DNA of 57,336 nt, counting the filler, from Porpidia crustulata (Eukaryota), in assembly GCA_964255105.1 (NCBI GenBank). It is 6 parts of 6 records of this genome, joined end to end, with 100 filler letters (N's around TTAATTAATTAA, not from the genome) between each part and the next. Parts side by side here need not be neighbours in the genome. Positions count along the whole stretch, not along the records: positions 28,753 to 38,230 come from CAXUWE010000943.1; positions 38,331 to 47,786 come from CAXUWE010000944.1; 4 more parts are not named here. The stretch is one strand, 5' to 3'. Below, piece by piece: positions 37,251 to 47,886 of the stretch. Position numbers and translations under genes: made by a program. Numbering within the stretch: position 1 is the stretch's first letter; each line of letters begins with the position of its first letter. Below the pieces are notes generated by a model. That model did not search any database, was not told the origin of the DNA, and saw only the letters and a program-made list of their open reading frames with translations.

Positions 37251-38230
37251 TGGGTGGAGGGTTATTTTGCAGTCGATCCTCCAGCCTGTCTACATTCTTC
37301 TCAGTCTTCTCATTCTCTTGCTCGACCCCATGTGCCCTCGTTCTCGCACCTCCAATCCCCATTATCTTCTTTTCTTTCTTCTCAAACGGGCTTGAGCCCC
37401 TAGGGCTCAAGCCATAAAGTCCGACTTCTCCACGTCATTTGATTCAAAGTTTGATGTAGGTGTGTTCTTGCATTTCATACGTTTACCGCGATTTGGATCA
37501 GTCGAGTTTCCACCGCAACTCTTTGATTTCGTGGTCTCGATGGATGATGCCCCTCCGCCTCATTCTCCTATTATCATATCTTGCTATCCACCCATCTTCT
37601 TCACATTCTCACTCATTTGAATTCCACATATTCATTTCTTCTACTTCTCTTACATACTCGCAATGAGTTTCAAATAAAAAAGACATCCCGATCTACACAT
37701 TGGCATGATGTTGAGATTTTTGTATGGTTTCTGATTCTACGATTCTGTCGTTTTCCTTCTTTGAATCTTGATTTCGCATCGAGAATTTAAGACACTTCAT
37801 CACATGCGGCACGTCGGCATTGTCGAAGTCTCGATTTTCATGACACATTCGCCCTTCTTCACTCTCTTCATTTTAACTTTCATTCTTTTCTCCTCAATTT
37901 ATCTCATTTCTTTCTAATTCTACTCTTCTCTCAATCTTTCAATTTTCTTATACATTTCGTTCACTTCCGATTTTAGCATTATTTTCTTCTTCTTTTTCTT
38001 CACGATCTTCATCGTGACTTCTTCTCTATTCTTCATTCATTCGTCTACAAACCTCACTCAAATCAATCATCATCGTCACAAACCCACTCGTCTCTCTATC
38101 TCTCCCGCTTCAACATTTCTCATATCCACTATTCTATCCTCATCCCGAGCTGCGATTTCATTTCTCGGGGTCACTATTGTTTTTCATGTATATTAAAAGA
38201 AATATATAAAAAGAATAAGAGATCTTTGAT
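37250..38230 (-). mobile_element. Degenerate repeat, possibly the 3' end of a non-LTR retrotransposon, truncating the PKS relic
   Basis: Strong pyrimidine skew and stop-riddled frames. Perfect 11-bp hairpin GGCTTGAGCCC-CTA-GGGCTCAAGCC (37389-37413), followed on the minus strand by a GAAGAAAGAAAAGAAG tail. PKS similarity ends abruptly here. Element class is inferred. Confidence 0.5.
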
Positions 38231-38330
38231 NNNNNNNNNNNNNNNNNNNNNNNNNNNNNNNNNNNNNNNNNNNNTTAATTAATTAANNNNNNNNNNNNNN
38301 NNNNNNNNNNNNNNNNNNNNNNNNNNNNNN
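38231..38330. other. Artificial contig-joining spacer
   Basis: N run with central TTAATTAATTAA, 100 nt. Confidence 0.99.
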
Positions 38331-39255
38331 GCACAAACCTCTATTTTACCCCATCCCTCTCCTCCACCTACGCTCAAACCGCCGAATAACGAGAAGGGCT
38401 GCTTATAAATGTGCTCTGGGCGTGTTTGAATGAGAGTTTACAATTTGGCGAAAAATGAATCAAATCGCGGGGAAGTCCCAAAAGGCAAATACTGCTTTTG
38501 GTACTGCAACCATCACACCCATTGAATTAGCTGTCAATACTTGATATCGTAGATTGAAAGCTGTGCATATCATTTGCCCTCAAACTGAACATGAAGCTAG
38601 GAGGATCCTGTACTACTTCGTTCATCCTGTGTGGCCTTGACTCAAGAAATCAAAGGAACAGCGCCGGCTGGACGTTTCATGCAAGATTGGGAGAGCGGCG
38701 TGTATATAGGCTAGATTTTTGATAGAGCCATTCTGATACTAAGTGTAATTTTGTTCAATCCCACAGACGAGACCGGCGTGGTTCGAGCTGAATACGGACG
38801 CACCCATTTACAAGTAGATCGGTCATAAACCTAGCATAGACTTGGCACATTGTGCGACACTAAGTGCGTTTCATTGGCTTTGATTCTGGGTATGGATGGC
38901 TGGAGGGTGGAGTACAAGAGTATCTTGGCACCGTAGGTATGCAGTATACGTGTGAATGCTGGTATTGTACAACTATGCAAACGCCCGGTATAAGCGAAGA
39001 GCTTAGTTATCCAGGCTGTGGCTTGCTCTATCATTCATCTGGGTATCATCCCCGCATACCATCTCAATCATGATGGACGTGGAGATCGAAGATTGTATAA
39101 GTCCTTAATCATAACTGCTCACCACTCTTCGTTCGATCAACTCCGCCTCAACAATTCCTCCTTCAATCGTAGCACAAGATTGGTCATAGCAATTTCCCTA
39201 TAAGAGCATTACTCACCCACAACCTCATCCTTGCTACACATAAGCCAACTCTACA

Positions 39256-40240
39256 ATGGCTCCACTTACTTGGCTAGTGACTGACTGTTCCTCCGGCTTT
39301 GGTGAAATCTTTGTGCACAGTCTTCTTGCCCGTGGTGACAAAGTTATTGCAACAGGCCGGAAGGCTTCTGAGCGTCTCGTTCATCTCCAGAATACTGATG
39401 CCAAAATCCTCGATCTGGATACCACCGCCTCTCAGGAGGTGCTGAATGCCAAAGTGAAAGAGGCTGTTGAATTGTTCAATGGCATTGACGTGCTGGTGAA
39501 CAACGCCGGCTGGTGAACAACGCCGGCTACGTGGAAGCAGGTTTGGCAGAGGAAGTGAGGTATTGCAGCGTTCTCAAATCTTTTTATCCATCGTCTATCT
39601 AACATAACTTGCAGCCATGAAAAATAGCTAGATCAGATCAACACGAATCTTTTCAGCGCCATTGATATGACACGAGCTATTCTCTCCTACTTCCGCGAGA
39701 AACGATCAGGAAAGATTGTGTTCGTCGGCTCTTATGGAGGCTGGTGTGGCGAAGTCGGAGCAGCTCCGTACTGTACCGCCAAGTTCGCGTTGGAAGGTCT
39801 GTTGCACGCTGCAGATCCTGTATCAGAAGTGCACATATGCTTACGGCTTGAATTTCAGGCTATGTCAAATGTCTGCAGAAAGAAGTATCGCACTTTAACA
39901 TTCAGTCGATCATTTTCGAACCCAGCTACTACCGCACCAAGATCTTCTCCGCTCAGAATTGTAAAGTGTCATCTCCCACGCATGCCGACTACAACGACAT
40001 CTTCGCTGCTATGGTAGCTGGCGTTGAGGCCATCGACGGAAATCAACGCGGCGATTCGGTCAAGTGTGTGGAGCGTGTGATTGACGTGGTCAAGTCGGAG
40101 GGCATGGCTGCAGGAAGATCAATGCCCAAGAGACTGCCGCTAGGATCGGATACGATGGAGTTTGTGAGGGCAAAATGCTTAAGACGCTGAAACTTTGCGA
40201 TGAGTGGAAGGATGTGATTTGTAATACGGATTTGGAGCCA
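39256..40240 (+). pseudogene. Short-chain dehydrogenase/reductase pseudogene
   Basis: WLVTDCSSGFG (TGxxxGxG altered), IDVLVNNAG and YCTAK catalytic motif. Lesions: a 17-bp tandem duplication (39493-39509/39510-39526) causing a frameshift, an in-frame TAG at 39625-39627 and a frameshift near 40180. Confidence 0.85.
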
Positions 40241-41138
40241 GAGAAAGGAAAGGAGAACAAGGAACGCGGCCAATACAGCGTGTCGGCTCCTAGAAGAGTT
40301 CGATTCTGGATNNNNNNNNNNATTCTGGATATGGCTGTTTGTACGGATTGTTCGGCAACATCATCACTCTAGAGAGTAATCGTGTGCGCGAAGCGAATTT
40401 GCTGCCATAAGCGCCATATGCGCTACACATCTCCCAATAGCCGATTTAGAAGTAGAGCGTGTCTTGATGATCCACGATATCCAGAGGTACCTTACCCTGG
40501 CCTCCCTGTCAGCATAGTATCGGTGTGTCAACAAAAGCGATTACATACGTAATTTTCATGCTTGCATTTGGTATTCTGCTAGCTTAATATCCGTTTTGAC
40601 ACAAATCGACGCAAGGCGTGGATTCGGCTTGTCTGCTACATGAAAGAGACTACAGTGTGTATAGAGGGCCGTAGTATGCACATGCCGCTCCGTTTCGCAT
40701 CTGACCACAGCTTCTAGGGTGTCGCGGTCCTCAGCATCCGGTAGGTCTTGGTCCTCAGCGTCCTTCTGACGCTATGAAAGCCTCGTATGATGCATTCTTT
40801 CCCTTTCTCTTTGCACTTCAATATTCCCGTCTCTTGTCTTCACTTATTATTGCGTAAATCGACATGTACTTAGGCCAACGCCTTCTCGCATCACACCAAT
40901 AGCAGAAACTCTTGAACGAAATCGGTTATACTTTGCGAACTGCCACTCGTTTGAAGGTTTTGTTCAAGGTTGTGGCCAGTTACAGCTGCTTTTCAAAAAC
41001 TGCATGAAGTATGGCTTCGGGATTCAGCATCAGTGCAAGAATTGGGGCCAGCTTGTAGACTGGACAGCGAAATGGCAGTAATTGAGAGTGTCTGATCTCG
41101 GCTGTCCTCTGATTTTTCACGCTATCAGATTGCATGTA

Positions 41139-42512
41139 CTATGGTTCATCAAACCAACCGACTTCTATCAAAGCCAGAGAGGACGACGGCAATCTCTTGA
41201 TATCTATAATACTGAATCTCGAGTCTGCTTTCTGGACTAGACTAGTCCAATCCTCTAGATCGCGTTCCTTCGCGTTAAAGACTGCTTTCATGGCCAAGTC
41301 GTGGCATCTAAGATAATATGTTCAGTCGTAATGCCATCAACCAGCTCGAAATGTCATCACGTACAGTCCATTTCGCTCCTGATATTGCGAGACTGTGCCA
41401 GGAGCCGGCAGACAAAAGTCGTTTATTAAAATCTTTGTACCAGTCTTGAGCGCAGGAATCAGGTTCTTCAGGATACGGAGACAGTATCTATCTGACCAAT
41501 CGTGGAGGATCATACGCAAAAAATATATGTCGGCGCCTATGATTTTCTGCTTTGTGAAAAAGTCGTGAAATTCAAATTTCACCTTGCTGAGAACCTTGTC
41601 ATTCCACGTATCCCGTGCAGCATTAATAACTTGGGGCAGATCTTGCACAATGACTTGAATGGAAGGAAACGCCTTTCCTAGTTCTAGCGCAACTGCCCCA
41701 TCAGAGCCACCAACATCAACCACTACTCCTTTGCCTACCGTCGCCCAATCAAAGGCATTGATGATATTCCTGATTTCGAAACCGGGTGCCATCGAAAAGA
41801 ACCGCATGGCATCCGTAAATCGTTTTGCACGACTGGGTGAATCAGCCAAGTCGACGAAAAAGGGGTTCTCTGCCCCACTTGCTATATTAAAGGCCGTCTG
41901 TGAAGGTTCTTCCGATCCGGGCCACTTGGTCATAGCATCCACAAACCTAGTACTCGCCGGCCACATATCGCTACACGCCTGATCGAGGAATTCTCGTAGC
42001 AGAGGCACTTGAGCTATTGCTTTAGACGCTGCTGTATGTGCAATAAGATTATTTTCAGATATTCTGAAGATTCGATTTGTAGTTGCATGACGAAGGATTC
42101 GGCGTGTATCGTCTTCGTCTAACTGGCACGCATGGGCTATTTGTGTAAACGACGCCTCCTCGCCAATTGGAAAGCAAGACGGCATTCGGAAACGGGCGAT
42201 AGCATGAAGACTGATCAGATTATGCTATATTCTCAGCTTACGATAGATAGGAACAATGGGTCCCTTTACCGTACTGTCGATCTGATGGAATACAAAGCTC
42301 ACCGGACCGAGCATGAGGGCCTGGAGTTCATCCGTAGCCTCTACCACTGCATTCGAAGATGCGAGTATCGTGTCCGGAAGTTGCAGCTGCGAAGGTATGC
42401 TGATGTCGAAGTCAAGGGGCGGCAAGCCCTGGGAATTGATGAAGTCGTCCACTTTTGCAGTATTAAGCTGAATCAGACACGCGAGCTCTGCGATCCTGCT
42501 CATGGGTGCCAT
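41139..42512 (-). CDS. SAM-dependent O-methyltransferase (Methyltransf_2, OmtA/OmtB-like), 3 exons, 423 aa
   Basis: Exons 42512-42270, 42224-41365 and 41307-41139 splice in frame. Motifs VVVDVGGSDG, IVQDLP, HDFF, ILHDWSD and NAKER. Confidence 0.92.
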
Positions 42513-43090
42513 TCTCTCGGTCTGATAGCTGTCGTAATTCTCAAATTTCGAAGAATTATGCAGTATTGGGACGTCCAAATGTCAGGGAATGGAGTAGCCG
42601 TTGGTAACAGAGTCCTGTTGCAATCCCCTCGCCGCGTCAAGTTGCCCACACAGGCGGATCTGGTCGGAACAAAAATCTCCATTATATTCGGCTTCGGGTT
42701 GAACTTCTGCATGAGTAAGGCTATGCAAGGTTGATTATGTGAACATTGTGTGTTAGAGGTGCATTATTGGATGAACCTTGCACCAGTCGCTAATCTACGT
42801 GTAGGACCTACTTGTGTACTCCAACAACTTCGACAAGCCGTCTTGCGTTGCTTTGATAATAATTAGCCTATTCCATTTCTAGTGGGTATGAAAGGTGAAG
42901 CAATATTGTTTTACGGGGTGCTCCATCATGATGCCAAAAAGCCCTATGCATTAGGTTGATTGTTGAAGTATTTTGCTCTCTCTATGTATTCCAAAATGAG
43001 CCTTCCCTGTATGGTTTGTTCTCTATCCACATCTTGTGCACACCAGAATCACTATAGAGCTTCCTTCCATAGCTCGACAAGCAATACTAC

Positions 43091-43404
43091 TCAGTCGTCG
43101 GTGTATGCGTCGGGGTAGACGATCTCCGAATCGCGGTCAAATTCGGGATAAACAATATTGTCATCGTCGGTGCCAAAGTCGGGGTACACAATATTGTCAT
43201 CGACGTCTGTTGCCGCTATACCAGTCATTCCAGACGATGCTTGGGGAAGCCTACTACTAATGATACGTCGATGTACCACTATGTCACGACCAGTCAGTCG
43301 GGTTTATGAAGCAACACATCGGGGAATCTACCATCGGGCTTGTACACCGGTGCTGCGTACACGCAAAGACACATCGTAGCTAGATAGAGTACGGAGAGCT
43401 TCAT
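43091..43404 (-). CDS. Putative fungal RiPP precursor: signal peptide plus three acidic IVYP repeats, 86 aa, 2 exons
   Basis: Exon 1 43404-43332, 53-nt intron 43331-43279 (GTAGAT...CTGAC...CATAG), exon 2 43278-43091. Product: MKLSVLYLATMCLCVYAAPVYKPDVVHRRIISSRLPQASSGMTGIAATDVDDNIVYPDFGTDDDNIVYPEFDRDSEIVYPDAYTDD*. Divergent from the DUF3328 gene. Confidence 0.85.
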
Positions 43405-43486
43405 GATGATCATCCAATACTGATCAGTGACGGATTGCAGGGGATATTCTTGGGTTGATCAACAACCAACAACGGGGAATTGTCTC

Positions 43487-43492
43487 TTTATA
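43487..43492 (-). promoter_or_regulatory. Candidate TATA box of the precursor gene
   Basis: TATAAA on the minus strand about 85 bp upstream of the ATG at 43404. Confidence 0.4.
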
Positions 43493-44025
43493 CATAACAA
43501 ACCACAATAAACCGTTGTCATCAAGCTGCAGGGAATGAAAGATCGCAATTAGGAAGGTCCAAATGGTCCATACACGGTGTTCTCAAGGTTTGGGGTTTTG
43601 TATGAGCTTGGCCGGTTTACACAGGGCGAGGGCGGTGTTGTCCAAACTCGACCGAAGAATTCGTCCAATTAATCGGCACTGATCCCATCTACCTTTGACA
43701 TTTCAAGGCAAGAGTTGATAAGACTTGCTTTTAGATTTCTCTTCGGGGCCGTAGGCATCTAAGTGGTTGATTTCCTTACTGGGGCATATGCAATACAACG
43801 CTGCAACTAATTCCCTGCAACCAGTTCTACATGCGGTGATTCAGCTTGACATGCTTCTCCATTACAGCTATACAGCATACTCACCTAGTGTCTGCCATTT
43901 CTCGGACAGACCCAAGTCTTCTTGGGTAAGTACTAGACGTGATATTTACCCGAATTATCTGAGAATTCATGGACTTTGAACGTTCCTACCTTCAGTATAC
44001 CTCGAATTTCTTCTGATATTCCCGG

Positions 44026-44952
44026 ATGACTCCTTTCAGGTACAAGCCAATTCTGTCCACGGACGAAAAGGTTGAAGGGGGATTCGAGGAAGAAAGATTG
44101 GACCAACCGATCAAACCCAGAAAACAAAGATTGAATTTGAGCTTTCTCTTCCACCTGGTGCTGCTTGTAATCTACACCACAGGCAGTTATCTTATCATAC
44201 GGAAGGCAACTTTTCACTGCAATCAGAGAGACCATGGTATGCCAATCGATTGCCCGACAACTTAGCATCGTATCGCTAAAGTCTCCGCAGTCTTTGCCGG
44301 CCTAGCCATCAAGTACAAACCCCAACTCTACACCAAGTTCAACGAAAGCCCTTTTGCTGGCCCACCATCTGTCGAAACCGACACGGCGTGGCACGCTCTC
44401 ATGGGAAATATGAGCATCCGGGTGACCAAAGCGGAACTTGACTCCCACGGGCAAAATTCTGTCGAACTCCCTTCAGGGGGTTATCTTGCTTGGCTTGGTG
44501 TATTTCACGAGCTACACTGTGTCGTCAGTATGACCGCTCAAGAAGCTGCTAGTTTCAGTGGCCACCAGTCAGCTACTGACTACTACGGATATAGAAAATG
44601 CTTCGTCAATGGAGCTACAGAGAGCATTACCATCCCAACATGACGGCCCACGACCGTCACCATCTAGAAGTACACATAGGTTGGTCTGCTCGCTCCCATC
44701 TGGGACCTTCTAACGCCCATCCCAGATCATTGCATTGACTGGTTGCGGTCCGCCGCAATGTGCCACGCCGATACCTCAGCACTGGCAACTTTCAAATGGG
44801 ACAAAGGCCCCAAGCCGATGTTGGACACCAAACGAGTGCCACATAGATGTGTGGATTGGGAGGAGATGATCTCGTCCCATAAGAATCGCAGGGTCAGCCA
44901 CGAGGAGGTGGCCAGTATGATCCCTCCCGCTTCGGCTACGGCCGACCACTAG
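44026..44952 (+). CDS. DUF3328 / UstYa-family oxidase, 4 exons, 251 aa
   Basis: Exons 44026-44236, 44291-44523, 44595-44679 and 44726-44952 (756 nt, in frame). N-terminal TM helix (LNLSFLFHLVLLVIYTTGSYLII), FAGPPS..TDTAW, VFHELHC and HIDHC (two HxxHC motifs), then IDWLRSAAMCHADT and HRCVDW. Confidence 0.93.
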
Positions 44953-46280
44953 ATCTCGAGGTCAGACCTCACTGTGTGCGATGAAAAGCGCGAATAGAAG
45001 CGAACATTGTCAAGTGACGCTGTGTGGATATGCACAGTCACCAGGGTGAATTTTCGACCGGAAACCATAAGTTGTGCAACTGAAAGTGCTTTGCAGGAAA
45101 TGAGCTGACCGTGTATTGAAATCTTTGCATTGTGTACGTAAATATGGTAATTTTACCATCCACTAATACTATAGAGTATGCCGCATTACCCTCTACCTAG
45201 TCCCACATATCTTTGTTTGCGTAGGTTCAGCCTGTAATATTATCTAAACGTCGTGAGGATCGAAACTGATGGAAACCCTCATGATTATCTACCGGCACCA
45301 TAGGCATCCTTCTAATCATAATATGTCTCATGTCTGTCTATCTTGTTCATGGTCGTTTTGATGCCCGAGGTCAGCATACATGATGCAGGCATATCTTCTA
45401 GCACATAGTATCATCTCATCAGCCCACTATGCTCCTACTCGTAGCAGATATCTCATTCGATAAGGCTACATCAACTGAGATGCATATCCTTTTTCGGGTG
45501 GCGCAGATCTGGTCACTCGTTCGTTTTCTGTGCCCTGTTCTTGCAGGATCAAACGTGCTGCAATTTTATTGTCCATACAGCGTGTCTTCACGTCTTCCTC
45601 AACATAGGCGATTTACGGCTCTTACAAGCAGAGTTCAGCTAGCAGTTGCTAGCTACTCACACGTGGCATTTTTTTCAAAATCGTCTTACTGGCAGTTGTT
45701 CCTCCTTGTGGTGGGTAGTATTACCTCGAAAAAAAGGATGACTATTCAATTTTGCTTGCTTTGGTCAGCTTCAACGCTTTTGTACCCGCATAAGACGAGT
45801 GATTTTCTCTATCCATAAAAGCGATTAGTTGACATTTTTAGGTGCCGCAGATGGGATGACAAAGGGGCTCGCATAAAGGCTTCTGTGTCTATGATCACGG
45901 CTGTTTAGTCACTGTAACATCTTTGTATAAGGACATGCATAGTCTGCATCATTATGGTAGTACATGACAGCGCCTTGGGCCAAGATTGTGTCACACGGCT
46001 GAGACTGCTATAAGCCACGGCGAACGTGATCGCAACAGCAATCTTGGTTTCGTTCAATAGTTTAGTTTTTGACGATTGCTAGCAACGCCTATCGCCCGGA
46101 CTGCTATTGAATGAAGCCAGGATGTAGGTCCTTTCCCCGCCGATGACGCGTTTCTAAAATAGTCTTGGTCAAAGTACGAGTGTCTGGAGCTGTGTGGTAC
46201 ACAAAGGCGCCCGAAAGGTCTTGCTGATTTCCCATCCCAACGGTTTCGATGAAATCGGCAGTACTCGGTTCTTTTAAACT

Positions 46281-47786
46281 ATGTATGGCAGTTTGAAGAA
46301 GCCGCTTCTCGTTGCTCTGACGCTGATTTTTCAGCTTGGACCTCGATTCGTCAATGGTATGTACCTCGTCATGGGAGCCATGTGTTATCCATTTCTGGGC
46401 TGGTACCTTTCTCAGCTCTCTCATGGTAGGTATCCCGGAGCTATTCAAGGATATCCTGGAAAAACCCCTTCCACATTCCTTAACCGGCCGCTCTGGAGTA
46501 ATCAGACCCTATACTTTTATTATTACCCGGGGTTTTATCGCGCCTGATGGCGTTAACAAAAGCGTTCTACTTGTGAACAATGCTTTTCCAGGTAGTTTCA
46601 ATATTTTTCCTTCTTTTCCCTTTTCCCTTTTCCCCTTCTTTATTCTGTCAAATCGCTAAGGCCTTTGCTTGAATTTGTAAGGTCCCCTATTGGATGCAAA
46701 TTACGGCGACATCTTTCAAATCACCGTCATCAACAATATTTCTGGGCCTGAGGAAGGGACTCTCCTTCACTGGCATGGAATTACTCATTGTGGATCTCCT
46801 TGGTATGATGGCGTTCCAGCTGTTGACATGTGTCCAATTGCGCCTGGAAAGTCCTTCACCTATACCATCAAGGCAGAGCCCTATGGTACCTCATGGTGGC
46901 ATTCGCACAATTCTGCACAATTGGCGGATGGACTGATGGGTCCTATGATAATCCATGGGTTTGGTCTCCAAGTTCATAATCGAGATGCTGCTCGCTAATT
47001 ATAGTAGTCCGATCGCTGATGCATACGACGTCGATATTGGACCAGTTATTTTGGTTGGTCAAGCCGCTCTCTCAATCTTTCGGCATTGATGTTTATTAGA
47101 GTGACCACTATCATCTGGATTACAAAAGTTACATAGAAGAGTCCAGCGGTATCCCTTTCACAGTCCCCTTTGCAGACAGTAACTTGATTAACGGCACGAT
47201 GTACTCTACCTACCTATGACTGATAGGGTATAGTGCTCTATCAAGCTGATCAATAGCATAGGTTCTTCGACTGCTCTCTAGCAACGGACGGCCAAGCTTG
47301 CGTCCCTAATTCTCCAATATCAAAATTCTACTTTCAAACTGGAAAAACGTACCGGCTCCGTCTGATCAATGCCGGGGCTGATGGAATCCAATGTTTTTCA
47401 ATTGATGGACACAATATGACTGTCATAGCTAACGACTTCGTCCCTGTCGTTCCTTACCAAACAGATGTCGTGAGTCTGGGAGTAGGCCAACGCACTGACA
47501 TCATAGTAAAGGCCACAGGCAAAGACACCGATTCCTTCTGGATTCGCTCCAACATTACTACGATCGGAGCTCTAGCCCCTATACCACCACAACCCTACGC
47601 CCTTGCAGCAATATACTACTCTAAAGCAAATACTAGCGCCTTCCCCCAGTCTACCACAACCCCCCTAACCCAGACGTCCTGCGGCCAAGTACATCTTCAT
47701 CTCACTACCGCTCCAACCCCCTAACCTCCTCCAGATCACCCTCAAGAACGCCACCCCCCGTACCCCCATGAAGCCCCCAACCACCC
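46281..47786 (+). CDS. Laccase/multicopper oxidase, N-terminal part (3'-truncated at contig end; first exons uncertain)
   Basis: GFIAPDGV...NNAFPGP, L1 [20 protein letters not shown]2 [18 protein letters not shown] and GQRTD, across several GT-AG introns. Confidence 0.88.
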
Positions 47787-47886
47787 NNNNNNNNNNNNNN
47801 NNNNNNNNNNNNNNNNNNNNNNNNNNNNNNTTAATTAATTAANNNNNNNNNNNNNNNNNNNNNNNNNNNNNNNNNNNNNNNNNNNN
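47787..47886. other. Artificial contig-joining spacer
   Basis: N run with central TTAATTAATTAA, 100 nt. Confidence 0.99.

Noticed and set aside
40303..40330. ATTCTGGAT direct repeat flanking an N gap as a target-site duplication
   Set aside because: Most simply an unmerged contig overlap at a scaffold gap.
43969..44016. Upstream ATG as the DUF3328 start
   Set aside because: It closes at a TGA after 15 codons. The ATG at 44026 gives the complete spliced frame.
19771..47786. One large cluster combining two MFS, TFs, FMO, PKS, OMT, RiPP genes and laccases
   Set aside because: Spans three contigs joined by artificial spacers in size order, so there is no evidence of linkage.
28043..47786. The laccase C-terminal fragment (28043-28652) and N-terminal fragment (46281-47786) being halves of one gene
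   Set aside because: The ends share no sequence overlap although they appear to reach about the same protein region, and codon bias and intron density differ. They are probably two genes.
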